Below, piece after piece: positions 25,201-39,700 of a stretch of 64,000 nt of DNA. Made by a program: the position numbers and the translations under genes. Position 1 is the stretch's first letter; each line of letters starts with the position of its first letter. This DNA is from Eledone cirrhosa (taxonomy: Eukaryota): contig OZ024744.1 of assembly GCA_964016885.1 (NCBI GenBank), positions 23,994,001-24,058,000 on the forward strand, in the 5' to 3' direction. The notes below the pieces were generated by a model, which was given only the letters and a program-made list of their open reading frames with translations, was not told where the DNA came from and did no database searches.

Positions 25201-28200
25201 GAACTGACTCGTTTTAACAACAGTTGAATCTTAAGATAAAACTCGTTTTAACAACAGTTGAATCTTAAGAACTGACTCATTTGAACAACAGTTGAATCTT
25301 AAGAACTGATTCGTTTTAACAACAGTTGAATCTTAAGATAAAACTCGTTTTAACAACAGTTGAATCTTAAGAACTGACTCGTTTTAACAACAGTTGAATC
25401 TTAAGAAATGACTCGTTTTAATAACAGTTGAATCTTAAGAACTGACTCGTTTTATCAACAGTTCAACCTTAAGAACTGACTCATCTTAACAACAGTTGAA
25501 TCTTCAAATAAAACTCGTTTTAACAACAATTGAATCTTAAGAACTGATTCGTTTTAACAACAGCTGAATCTTAAGATAAAACTCGTTTTAACAACAGTTG
25601 AATCTTAAGATAAAATTCGTTTTAACAACAGTTGAATCTTAAGAACTGACTCATTTTAACGACAGCTGAATCTTGAGATAAAACTCGTTTTAACAACAGT
25701 TGAATCTTAAGAACTGACTCGTTTTATCAACAGTTCAACCTTAAGAACTGACTCGTTTTAACAACAGTTGAATCCTCAAATAAAACTCGTTTTAACAACA
25801 GTTGAATCTTAAGAACTCACTCGTTTTAACAACAGTTGAATCTTAATATAAAACTCGTTTTAACAACAGTTGTATCTTAAGAACTGACTCATTTTAACAA
25901 CAGTTGAATCTTAAGATAAAACTCGTTTTAACAACAGTTGAATCTTAAGAACTGACTCGTTTTAACAACAGTTCAACCTTAAGAACTGACTCGTTTTAAC
26001 AACAGTTGAATCTTCAAATAAAACTCGTTTTAACTACAGTTGAATCTTAAGAACTGACTCGTTTTAACAACAGTTGAATCTTAAGATAAAACTCGTTTTA
26101 ACAACAGTTGAATCTTAAGAACTGACTCATTTTAACAACAGTTGAATCTTTAGAACTGATTCCTTTTAACAACAGTTGATTCTTCAGATAAAACTCGTTT
26201 TAACTACAGTTGAATCTTAAGAACTGACTCGTTTTAACAACAGTTGAATCTTAAGATAAAACTCGTTTTAACAACAGTTGAATCTTAAGATAAAACTCGT
26301 TTTAACAACAGTTGAATCTTAAGAACTGACTCGTTTTAATAACAGTTGAATCTTCAAATAAAACTCCTTTTAACAACAGTTGAATCTTAAGATAAACTCG
26401 TTTCAACAACAGTTGAATCTGAAGATAAACCTCGTTTTAACAACATTTGAATCTTAAGAACTGACTCGTTTTAACAACAGCTGCATCTTAAGATAAAACT
26501 CGTTTTAACAACAGTTGAAACTTAAGAACTGACTCGTTTTATCAACAGTTCAACCTGAAGAACTTACTCGTTTTAACAACAGTTGAATCTTCAAATAAAA
26601 CTCGTTTTAACAACAGTTGAATCTTAAGAACTGACTCGTTTTAACAACAGTTGAATCTTAAGATAAAACTCGTTTTAACAACAGCTGAATCTTAAGATAA
26701 CACTCGTTTTAACAACAGTTGAATCTTAAGAACTGACTGGTTTTAACAACAGTTGAATCTTAAATAAAACTCGTTTTAACAAAGGTTGAATATTAAGAAC
26801 TGACTCGTTTTAAACAACAGTTGAATCTTAAGATAAAATTCGTTTTAACAAAAGTTGAATCTTACGAACTGACTCGTTTTAACAATAGTTGTCTCTTAAG
26901 ATAAAACTCGTTTTAACAATAGTTGTCTCTTAAGATAAAACTCGTTTTAACAACAGTTGAATTTTAAACTGACTCGTTTTAACAACAGTTCAAACTTAAG
27001 AACTGATTCGTTTTAACAACAGTTGAATCTTAAAATAAAATTCGTTTAACAACAGTTGAATCTTAAGGACTGGCTCGTTTTAACATCACATGTATATTAT
27101 GATAAAACTCGTTTTAATAACAGCTGTATCTTAAGAACTGACTCGATATAACAACAGTTGAATCTTAAGAACTACCTCGTTTTAACAACAGTTGAATGTT
27201 AAGAACTGACTCGTTTTAACAACAGTTCAATCTTAAGATAAAACTGATTATAACAACAGTTGCATCTTAAGAACTGACTTGTTTTAACAAAAGTTGAATC
27301 TGAAGAACTGACTCGTTTTAACAACAGTTGAATCTGAAGATAAAACTCGTTTAACAACAGTTGAATCTTAAGAACTGACTCGTTTTAACGACAGATGAAT
27401 CTTATGATAAAACTCGTTTTAACAACAATTGAATCTTAAGAACTGATTCGTTTTAACAACAGTTGAATCTTAAGATAAAACTAGTTTTAACAACAGTTGA
27501 ATCTTAAGAACTGACTCGTTTTAACAACAGTTGAAACTTCAAATAAAACTCGTTTTAACAACAGTTGAATCTTAAGAACTGACTCATTTTAACAACAGTT
27601 TAATCTTAAGAACTGATTCGTTTTAACAACAGTTGAATCTTAAGATAAAACTAGTTTTAATAACTGTTGAATCTTAAGATAAAACTCGTTTTAACAAGAG
27701 TTGAATCTTAAGAACTGACTCGTTTTAACAACAGTTGAATCTTAAATAAAACTCGTTTTAACAACAGTTGAATCTTCAAATAAAACTCGTTTTAACAACA
27801 GTTGAATCTTAAGAACTGATTCGTTTTAACATCAGCTGAATCTTAAGATAAACTCGTTTTAACAACAGTTGAATCTTAAGATAAACCTCGTTTTAACAAC
27901 ATTTGAATCTTAAGAACTGACTCGTTTTAACAACAGCTGAATCTTAAGATAAAACTCTTTTTAACAACAGTTGAATCTTAAGAACTGACTCGTTTTATCA
28001 ACAGTTCAACCTGAAGAACTGACTCGTTTTAACAACAGTTGAATCTTCAAATAAAACTCGTTTTAACAACAGTTGAATCTTAAGAACTGACTCGTTTTAA
28101 CAACAGTTGAATCTTAAGATAAAACTCGTTTTAACAACAGGTGAATCTTAAGAACTGACTGGTTTTAAGAACAGTTGAATCTTAAGAACTGACTCGTTTT

Positions 28201-30179
28201 AACAACAGTTGAATCTTAAGAACTGACTGGTTTTAACAACAGATGAATCTTACGAACTGACTCGTTTTAACAAAAGTTCAACCTTAAGAACTGACTAGTT
28301 TTAACAACAGTTGAATCTCAAGAACTGACTCGTTTTAACAACAGTTGAATCTTAAGATAAAACTCGTTTTAACCACAGTTGAATCTTAAGAACTGAATCA
28401 TTTTAACAACAGTTGAATCTTAAGAACTGACTCGTGTTAACAACAATTGAATCTTAAGATAAAACTCGTTTTAACAAAAGTTGAATCTTAAGAACTGACT
28501 CGTTTTAACAACAGTTCAACCTTAAGAACTGACTAGTTTTAACAACAGTTTAATCTTAGAATAAAACTCGTTTTAACAACAGTTGAATCATAAGAACTGA
28601 TTCGTTTTAACAACAGTTGAATCTTAAGATAAAACTCGTTTTAACAACAGTTGAATCTTCAAATAAAACTCGTTTTAACAACAGTTGAATCTTAAGAACT
28701 GATTCGTTTTAACATCAGCTGAATCTTAAGATAAACTCGTTTTAACAACAGTTGAATCTTAAGATAAACCTCGTTTTAACAACATTTGAATCTTAAGAAC
28801 TGACTCGTTTTAACAACAGCTGAATCTTAAGATAAAACTCTTTTTAACAACAGTTGAATCTTAAGAACTGACTCGTTTTATCAACAGTTCAACCTGAAGA
28901 ACTGACTCGTTTTAACAACAGTTGAATCTTCAAATAAAACTCGTTTTAACAACAGTTGAATCTTAAGAACTGACTCGTTTTAACAACAGTTGAATCTTAA
29001 GATAAAACTCGTTTTAACAACAGGTGAATCTTAAGAACTGACTGGTTTTAACAACAGTTGAATCTTAAATAAAACTCGTTTTAACAAAGGTTGAATATTA
29101 AGAACTGACTCGTTTTAAACAACAGTTGAATCTTAAGATAAAATTCGTTTTAACAACAGTTGAATCTTAAGAACTGATTCGTTTTAACAACAGTTCAACC
29201 TAAGAACAGACTCGTTTTAACAACAGTTGAATCTTAAATAAAACTCGTTTTAACAACAGTTGAATCTTAAGAACTGACTCGTCTTAACAACAGTTGAATC
29301 TTAAGAACTGACTGGTTTTAACAACAGATGAATCTTAAGAACTGACTCGTTTTAACAACAGTTCAACCTTAAGAACTGACTAGTTTTAACAACAGTTGAA
29401 TCTCAAGAACTGACTCGTTTTAACAACAGTTGAATCTTAAGAAATGACTCGTTTTAATAACAGTTGAATCTTAAGAACTGACTCGTTTTAACAACAGTTC
29501 AACCTGAAGAACTGACTCGTTGTAACAACAGTTGAAACTTCAAATAAAACTCGTTTTAACAACAGTTGAATCTTAAGAACTGACTCGTGTTAACAACAAT
29601 TGAATCTTAAGATAAAACTCGTTTTAATAAAAGTTGAATCTTAAGAACTGACTCGTTTTAACAACAGTTCAACCTTAAGAACTGACTAGTTTTAACAACA
29701 GTTTAATCTTAGAATAAAATTCGTTTTAACAACAGTTGAATCTTAAGAACTGACTCGTTTTAACAAAAGTTGAATCTTATGAACTGACTCGTTTTAACAA
29801 TAGTTGTCTCTTAAGATAAAACTCGTTTTAACAACAGTTGAATTTTAAAACTGACTCGTTTTAACAACAGTTCTAACTTAAGAAATGATTCGTTTTAACA
29901 ACAGTTGAATCTTAAAATAAAATTCGTTTAACAACAGTTGAATCTTAAGAACTGGCTCGTTTTAACATCACATGTATATTATGATAAAACTCGTTTTAAC
30001 AACAGCTGTATCTTAAGAACTGACTCGATATAACAACAGTTGAACCTTAAGAACTACCTAGTTTTAACAACAGTTGAATGTTAAGAACTGACTCGTTTTA
30101 ACAACAGTTCAATCTTAAGATAAAACTGATTATAACAACAGTTGCATCTTAAGAACTGACTTGTTTTAACAACAGTTGA

Positions 30180-33100
30180 ATCTGAAGAACTGACTCGTTT
30201 TAACAACAGTTGAATCTGAAGATAAAACTCGTTTAACAACAGTTGAATCTTAAGAACTGACTCGTTTTAACGACAGATGAATCTTATGATAAAACTCGTT
30301 TTAACAACAGTTGAATCTTCAAATTAAACTCGTTTTAACAACAGTTGAATCATAAGAACTGATTCGTTTTAACAACAGTTGAATCTTAAGATAAAACTCA
30401 TTTTAACAACAGTTGAATCTTAAGATAAAACTCGTTTTAGCAACAGTTGAATCTTAAGTACTGACTCGTTTTAATAACAGTTGAATCTTCAAATAAAACT
30501 CGTTTTAACAACAGTTGAATCTTAAGAACTGATTCGTTTTAACAACAGCTGAATCTTAAGATAAACTCGTTTTAACAACAGTTGAATCTTAAGATAAACC
30601 TCGTTTTAACAACATTTGAATCTTAAGAACTGACTCGTTTTATCAACAGGTGAATCTTAAGAACTGACTGGTTTTAACAACAGTTGAATCTTAAATAAAA
30701 CTCGTTTTAACAAAGGTTGAATATTAAGAACTGACTCGTTTTAAACAACAGTTGAATCTTAAGATAAAATTCGTTTTAACAAAAGTTGAATCTTACGAAC
30801 TGACTCGTTTTAACAATAGTTGTCTCTTAAGATAAAACTCGTTTTAACAACAGTTGAATTTTAAAACTGACTCGTTTTAACAACAGTTCAAACTTAAGAA
30901 CTAATTCGTTTTAACAACAGTTGAATCTTAAAATAAATCTCGTTTTAACAACATTTGAATCTTAAGAACTGACTCTTTTTAACAACAGCTGAATCTTAAG
31001 ATAAAACTCTTTTTAACAACAGTTGAATCTTAAGAACTGACTCGTTTTATCAACAGTTCAACCTGAAGAACTGACTCGTTTTAACAACAGTTGAATCTTC
31101 AAATAAAACTCGTTTTAACAACAGTTGAATCTTAAGAACTGACTCGTTTTAACAACAGTGGAATCTTAAGATAAAACTCGTTTTAACAACAGGTGAATCT
31201 TAAGAACTGACTGGTTTTAACAACAGTTGAATCTTAAATAAAACTCGTTTTAACAAAGGTTGAATATTAAGAACTGACTCGTTTTAAACAACAGTTGAAT
31301 CTTAAGATAAAATTCGTTTTAACAACAGTTGAATCTTAAGAACTGATTCGTTTTAACAACAGTTCAACCTAAGAACAGACTCGTTTTAACAACAGTTGAA
31401 TCTTAAATAAAACTCGTTTTAACAACAGTTGAATCTAAAGAACTGACTCGTTTTAACAACAGTTGAATCTTAAGAACTGACTGGTTTTAACAACAGATGA
31501 ATCTTAAGAACTGACTCGTTTTAACAACAGTTGAATCTTAAGAACTGACTCGTTTTAACAACAGTTCAACCTGAAGAACTGACTCGTTGTAACAACAGTT
31601 GAAACTTCAAATAAAACTCGTTTTAACCACAGTTGAATCTTAAGAACTGAATCATTTTAACAACAGTTGAATCTTAAGAACTGACTCGTGTTAACAACAA
31701 TTGAATCTTAAGATAAAACTCGTTTTAACAAAAGTTGAATCTTAAGAACTGACTCGTTTTAACAACAGTTCAACCTTAAGAACTGACTAGTTTTAACAAA
31801 AGTTTAATCTTAGAATAAAATTCGTTTTAACAACAGTTGAATCTTAAGAACTGACTCGTTTTAACAAAAGTTGAATCTTACGAACTGACTCGTTTTAACA
31901 ATAGTTGTCTCTTAAGATAAAACTTGTTTTAACAACAGTTGAATTTTAAAACTGACTCGTTTTAACAACAGTTCTAACTTAAGAAATGATTCGTTTTAAC
32001 AACAGTTGAATCTTAAAATAAAATTCGTTTAACAACAGTTGAATCTTAAGAACTGGCTCGTTTTAACATCACATGTATATTATGATAAAACTCGATTTAA
32101 CAACAGCTGTATCTTAAGAACTGACTCGATATAACAACAGTTGAACCTTAAGAACTACCTAGTTTTAACAACAGTTGAATGTTAAGAACTGACTCGTTTT
32201 AACAACAGTTCAATCTTAAGATAAAACTGATTATAACAACAGTTGCATCTCAAGAACTGACTTGTTTTAACAACAGTTGAATCTGAAGAACTGACCCGTT
32301 TTAACAACAGTTGAATCTGAAGATAAAACTCGTTTAACAACAGTTGAATCTTAAGAACTGACTCGTTTTAACGACAGATGAATCTTATGATAAAACTCGT
32401 TTTAACAACAGTTGAATCTTCAAATTAAACTCGTTTTAACAACAGTTGAATCATAAGAACTGATTCGTTTTAACAACAGTTGAATCTTAAGATAAAACTC
32501 ATTTTAACAACGGTTGAATCTTAAGATAAAACTCGTTTTAACAACAGTTGAATCTTAAGTACTGACTCGTTTTAATAACATTTGAATCTTCAAATAAAAC
32601 TCGTTTTAACAACAGTTGAATCTTAAGAACTGATTCGTTTTAACAAGAGCTGAATCTTAAGATAAACTCGTTTTAACAACAGTTGAATCTTAAGATAAAC
32701 CTCGTTTTAACAACATTTGAATCTTAAGAACTGACTCGTTATAACAACAGCTGCATCTTAAGACAAAACTCGTTTTAACAACAGTTGAATCTTAAGAACT
32801 GACTCGTTTTATCAACAGTTCAACCTGAAGAACTTACTCGTTTTAACAACAGTTGAATCTTCAAATAAAACTCGTTTTAACAACAGCTGAATCTTAAGAT
32901 AAAACTCGTTTTAACAACAGTTGAATCTTAAGAACTGACTCGTTTTAACAACAGGTGAATCTTAAGAACTGACTGGTTTTAACAATAGTTGAATCTTAAG
33001 ATAAAATTCGTTTTAACAAAAGTTGAATCTTACGAACTGACTCGTTTTAACAATAGTTATCTCTTAAGATAAAACTCGTTTTAACAACAGTTGAATTTTA

Positions 33101-36100
33101 AAACTGACTCGTTTTAACAACAGTTCAAACTTAAGAACTGATTCGTTTTAACAACAGTTGAATCTTAAAATAAAATTCGTTTAACAACAGTTGAATCTTA
33201 AGGACTGGCTCGTTTTAACATCACATGTATATTATGATAAAACTCGTTTTAACAACAGCTGTATCTTAAGAACTGACTCGATATAACAACAGTTGAATCT
33301 TAAGAACTACCTCGTTTTAACAACAGTTGAATGTTAAGAACTGACTCGTTTTAACAACAGTTCAATCTTAAGATAAAACTGATTATAACAACAGTTGCAT
33401 CTTAAGAACTGACTTGTTTTAACAACAGTTGAATCTGAAGAACTGACTCGTTTTAACAACAGTTGAATCTGAAGATAAAACTCGTTTAACAACAGTTGAA
33501 TCTTAAGAACTGACTCGTTTTAACGACAGATGAATCTTATGATAAAACTCGTTTTAACAACAGTTGAATCTTCAAATTAAACTCGTTTTAACAACAGTTG
33601 AATCATAAGAACTGATTCGTTTTAACAACAGTTGAATCTTAAGATAAAACTCATTTTAACAACAGTTGAATCTTAAGATAAAACTCGTTTTAGCAACAGT
33701 TGAATCTTAAGTACTGACTCGTTTTAATAACAGTTGAATCTTCAAATAAAACTCGTTTTAACAACAGTTGAATCTTAAGAACTGATTCGTTTTAACAACA
33801 GCTGAATCTTAAGATAAACTCGTTTTAACAACAGTTGAATCTTAAGATAAACCTCGTTTTAACAACATTTGAATCTTAAGAACTGACTCGTTTTATCAAC
33901 AGGTGAATCTTAAGAACTGACTGGTTTTAACAACAGTTGAATCTTAAATAAAACTCGTTTTAACAAAGGTTGAATATTAAGAACTGACTCGTTTTAAACA
34001 ACAGTTGAATCTTAAGATAAAATTCGTTTTAACAAAAGTTGAATCTTACGAACTGACTCGTTTTAACAATAGTTGTCTCTTAAGATAAAACTCGTTTTAA
34101 CAACAGTTGAATTTTAAAACTGACTCGTTTTAACAACAGTTCAAACTTAAGAACTAATTCGTTTTAACAACAGTTGAATCTTAAAATAAATCTCGTTTTA
34201 ACAACATTTGAATCTTAAGAACTGACTCGTTTTAACAACAGCTGAATCTTAAGATAAAACTCTTTTTAACAACAGTTGAATCTTAAGAACTGACTCGTTT
34301 TATCAACAGTTCAACCTGAAGAACTGACTCGTTTTAACAACAGTTGAATCTTCAAATAAAACTCGTTTTAACAACAGTTGAATCTTAAGAACTGACTCGT
34401 TTTAACAACAGTGGAATCTTAAGATAAAACTCGTTTTAACAACAGGTGAATCTTAAGAACTGACTGGTTTTAACAACAGTTGAATCTTAAATAAAACTCG
34501 TTTTAACAAAGGTTGAATATTAAGAACTGACTCGTTTTAAACAACAGTTGAATCTTAAGATAAAATTCGTTTTAACAACAGTTGAATCTTAAGAACTGAT
34601 TCGTTTTAACAACAGTTCAACCTAAGAACAGACTCGTTTTAACAACAGTTGAATCTTAAATAAAACTCGTTTTAACAACAGTTGAATCTAAAGAACTGAC
34701 TCGTTTTAACAACAGTTGAATCTTAAGAACTGACTGGTTTTAACAACAGATGAATCTTAAGAACTGACTCGTTTTAACAACAGTTGAATCTTAAGAACTG
34801 ACTCGTTTTAACAACAGTTCAACCTGAAGAACTGACTCGTTGTAACAACAGTTGAAACTTCAAATAAAACTCGTTTTAACCACAGTTGAATCTTAAGAAC
34901 TGAATCATTTTAACAACAGTTGAATCTTAAGAACTGACTCGTGTTAACAACAATTGAATCTTAAGATAAAACTCGTTTTAACAAAAGTTGAATCTTAAGA
35001 ACTGACTCGTTTTAACAACAGTTCAACCTTAAGAACTGACTAGTTTTAACAAAAGTTTAATCTTAGAATAAAATTCGTTTTAACAACAGTTGAATCTTAA
35101 GAACTGACTCGTTTTAACAAAAGTTGAATCTTACGAACTGACTCGTTTTAACAATAGTTGTCTCTTAAGATAAAACTTGTTTTAACAACAGTTGAATTTT
35201 AAAACTGACTCGTTTTAACAACAGTTCTAACTTAAGAAATGATTCGTTTTAACAACAGTTGAATCTTAAAATAAAATTCGTTTAACAACAGTTGAATCTT
35301 AAGAACTGGCTCGTTTTAACATCACATGTATATTATGATAAAACTCGATTTAACAACAGCTGTATCTTAAGAACTGACTCGATATAACAACAGTTGAACC
35401 TTAAGAACTACCTAGTTTTAACAACAGTTGAATGTTAAGAACTGACTCGTTTTAACAACAGTTCAATCTTAAGATAAAACTGATTATAACAACAGTTGCA
35501 TCTCAAGAACTGACTTGTTTTAACAACAGTTGAATCTGAAGAACTGACCCGTTTTAACAACAGTTGAATCTGAAGATAAAACTCGTTTAACAACAGTTGA
35601 ATCTTAAGAACTGACTCGTTTTAACGACAGATGAATCTTATGATAAAACTCGTTTTAACAACAGTTGAATCTTCAAATTAAACTCGTTTTAACAACAGTT
35701 GAATCATAAGAACTGATTCGTTTTAACAACAGTTGAATCTTAAGATAAAACTCATTTTAACAACGGTTGAATCTTAAGATAAAACTCGTTTTAACAACAG
35801 TTGAATCTTAAGTACTGACTCGTTTTAATAACATTTGAATCTTCAAATAAAACTCGTTTTAACAACAGTTGAATCTTAAGATAAACCTCGTTTTAACAAC
35901 ATTTGAATCTTAAGAACTGACTCGTTATAACAACAGCTGCATCTTAAGACAAAACTCGTTTTAACAACAGTTGAATCTTAAGAACTGACTCGTTTTATCA
36001 ACAGTTCAACCTGAAGAACTTACTCGTTTTAACAACAGTTGAATCTTCAAATAAAACTCGTTTTAACAACAGCTGAATCTTAAGATAAAACTCGTTTTAA

Positions 36101-36700
36101 CAACAGTTGAATCTTAAGAACTGACTCGTTTTAACAACAGGTGAATCTTAAGAACTGACTGGTTTTAACAATAGTTGAATCTTAAGATAAAATTCGTTTT
36201 AACAAAAGTTGAATCTTACGAACTGACTCGTTTTAACAATAGTTATCTCTTAAGATAAAACTCGTTTTAACAACAGTTGAATTTTAAAACTGACTCGTTT
36301 TAACAACAGTTCAAACTTAAGAACTGATTCGTTTTAACAACAGTTGAATCTTAAAATAAAATTCGTTTAACAACAGTTGAATCTTAAGGACTGGCTCGTT
36401 TTAACATCACATGTATATTATGATAAAACTCGTTTTAACAACAGCTGTATCTTAAGAACTGACTCGATATAACAACAGTTGAATCTTAAGAACTACCTCG
36501 TTTTAACAACAGTTGAATGTTAAGAACTGACTCGTTTTAACAACAGTTCAATCTTAAGATAAAACTGATTATAACAACAGTTGCATCTTAAGAACTGACT
36601 TGTTTTAACAACAGTTGAATCTGAAGAACTGACTCGTTTTAACAACAGTTGAATCTGAAGATAAAACTCGTTTAACAACAGTTGAATCTTAAGAACAGAC
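30180..36700. repeat. Tandem duplication with offset 3253, then 3186 after loss of two monomers
   Basis: CAGTGGAATC pairs as 31160/34413, and markers pair as 32067/35320 and 33219/36405. GAACTAATTC, GAATCTAAAG and GACCCG are also shared. Confidence 0.85.
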
Positions 36701-39700
36701 TCGTTTTAACGACAGATGAATCTTATGATAAAACTCGTTTTAACAACAATTGAATCTTAAGAACTGATTCGTTTTAACAACAGTTGAATCTTAAGATAAA
36801 ACTAGTTTTAACAACAGTTGAATCTTAAGAACTGACTCGTTTTAACAACAGTTGAAACTTCAAATAAAACTCGTTTTAACAACAGTTGAATCTTAAGAAC
36901 TGACTCATTTTAACAACAGTTCAATCTTAAGAACTGATTCGTTTTAACAACAGTTGAATCTTAAGATAAAACCAGATTTAATAACTGTTGAATCTTAACA
37001 TAAAACTCGTTTTAACAAGAGTTGAATCTTAAGAACTGACTCGTTTTAACAACAGTTGAATCTTAAATAAAACTCGTTTTAACAACAGTTGAATCTTAAG
37101 AACTGACTCGTTTTAACAACAGTTGAATCTTAAGAACTGACTGGTTTTAACAAAAGATGAATCTTAAGAACTGACTCGTTTTAACAACAGTTCAACCTTA
37201 AGAACTGACTAGTTTTAACAAAAGTTTAATCTTAGAATAAAATTCGTTTTAACAACAGTTGAATCTTAAGAACTGACTCGTTTTAACAAAAGTTGAATCT
37301 TACGAACTGACTCGTTTTAACAATAGTTGTCTCTTAAGATAAAACTCGTTTTAACAACAGTTGAATTTTAAAACTGACTCGTTTTAACAACAGTTCTAAC
37401 TTAAGAAATGATTCGTTTTAACAACAGTTGAATCTTAAAATAAAATTCGTTTAACAACAGTTGAATCTTAAGAACTGGCTCGTTTTAACATCACATGTAT
37501 ATTATGATAAAACTCGATTTAACAACAGCTGTATCTTAAGAACTGACTCGATATAACAACAGTTGAACCTTAAGAACTACCTAGTTTTAACAACAGTTGA
37601 ATGTTAAGAACTGACTCATTTTAACAACAGTTCAATCTTAAGATAAAACTGATTATAACAACAGTTGCATCTTAAGAACTGACTTGTTTTAACAACAGTT
37701 GAATCTGAAGAACTGACTCGTTTTAACAACAGTTGAATCTGAAGATAAAACTCGTTTAACAACAGTTGAATCTTAAGAACTGACTCGTTTTAACGACAGA
37801 TGAATCTTATGATAAAACTCGTTTTAACAACAGTTGAATCTTCAAATTAAACTCGTTTTAACAACAGTTGAATCATAAGAACTGATTCGTTTTAACAACA
37901 GTTGAATCTTAAGATAAAACATCTTTTTAACAACAGTTGAATCTTAAGATAAAACTCGTTTTAACAACAGTTGAATCTTAAGTACTGACTCGTTTTAATA
38001 ACAGTTGAATCCTCAAATAAAACTCGTTTTAACAACAGTTGAATCTTAAGAACTGATTCGTTTTAACAACAGCTGAATCTTAAGATAAACTCGTTTTAAC
38101 AACAGTTGAATCTTAAGATAAACCTCGTTTTAACAACATTTCAATCTTAAGAACTGACTCGTTATAACAACAGCTGCATCTTAAGATAAAACTCGTTTTA
38201 ACAACAGTTGAATCTTAAGAACTGACTCGTTTTATCAACAGTTCAACCTGAAGAACTTACTCGTTTTAACAACAGTTGAATCTTAAGAACTGACTCGTTT
38301 TAACAACAGTTGAATCTTAAGATAAAACTCGTTTTAACAACAGCTGAATCTTAAGATAAAACTCGTTTTAACAACAGTTGAATCTTAAGAACTGACTCGT
38401 TTTAACAACAGGTGAATCTTAAGAACTGACTGGTTTTAACAATAGTTGAATCTTAAGATAAAATTCGTTTTAACAAAAGTTGAATCTTACGAACTGACTC
38501 GTTTTAACAATAGTTATCTCTTTAGATAAAACTCGTTTTAACAACAGTTGAATTTTAAAACTGACTCGTTTTAACAACAGTTCAAACTTAAGAACTGATT
38601 CGTTTTAACAACAGTTGAATCTTAAAATAAAATTCGTTTAACAACAGTTGAATCTTAAGGACTGGCTCGTTTTAACATCACATGTATATTATGATAAAAC
38701 TCGTTTTAACAACAGCTGTATCTTAAGAACTACCTCGTTTTAACAACAGTTGAATGTTAAGAACTGACTCGTTTTAACAACAGTTCAATCTTAAGATAAA
38801 ACTGATTATAACAACAGTTGCATCTTAAGAACTGACTCGTTTTAACAACAGTTGAATCTGAAGATAAAACTCGTTTAACAACAGTTGAATCTTAAGAACT
38901 GACTCGTTTTAACGACAGATGAATCTTATGATAAAACTCGTTTTAACAACAATTGAATCTTAAGAACTGATTCGTTTTAACAACAGTTGAATCTTAAGAT
39001 AAAACTAGTTTTAACAACAGTTGAATCTTAAGAACTGACTCGTTTTAACAACAGTTGAAACTTCAAATAAAACTCGTTTTAACAACAGTTGAATCTTAAG
39101 AACTGACTCATTTTAACAACAGTTCAATCTTAAGAACTGATTCGTTTTAATAACAGTTGAATCTTAAGATAAAACTAGTTTTAATAACTGTTGAATCTTA
39201 AGATAAAACTCGTTTTAACAAGAGTTGAATCTTAAGAACTGACTCGTTTTAACAACAGTTGAATCTTAAATAAAACTCGTTTTAACAACAGTTGAATCTT
39301 AAGAACTGACTCGTTTTAACAACAGTTGAATCTTAAGAACTGACTGGTTTTAACAACAGATGAATCTTAAGAACTGACTCGTTTTAACAACAGTTCAACC
39401 TTAAGAACTGACTAGTTTTAACAACAGTTGAATCTCAAGAACTGACTCGTTTTAACAACAGTTGAATCTTAAGATAAAACTCGTTTTAACAACAGTTGAA
39501 TCTTAAGAAATGACTCGTTTTAATAACAGTTGAATCTTAAGAACTGACTCGTTTTAACAACAGTTCAACCTAAAGAACTGACTCGTTGTAACAACAGTTG
39601 AAACTTCAAATGAAACTCGTTTTAACCACAGTTGAATCTTAAGAACTGAATCATTTTAACAACAGTTGAATCTTAAGAACTGACTCGTGTTAACAACAAT

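Larger units (their letters stand above)
1..26700. repeat. Left satellite domain (variant family L)
   Basis: Characterised by the variants TAACTACAG (e.g. ~3195, 6416, 26203), AAGCACTG (8471, 21399, 24726), GAATCAATTT and TCTCTTTAGATAAATCTC. All marker monomers here are preceded by AAGGACTGGCTC. The boundary is approximate. Confidence 0.75.
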
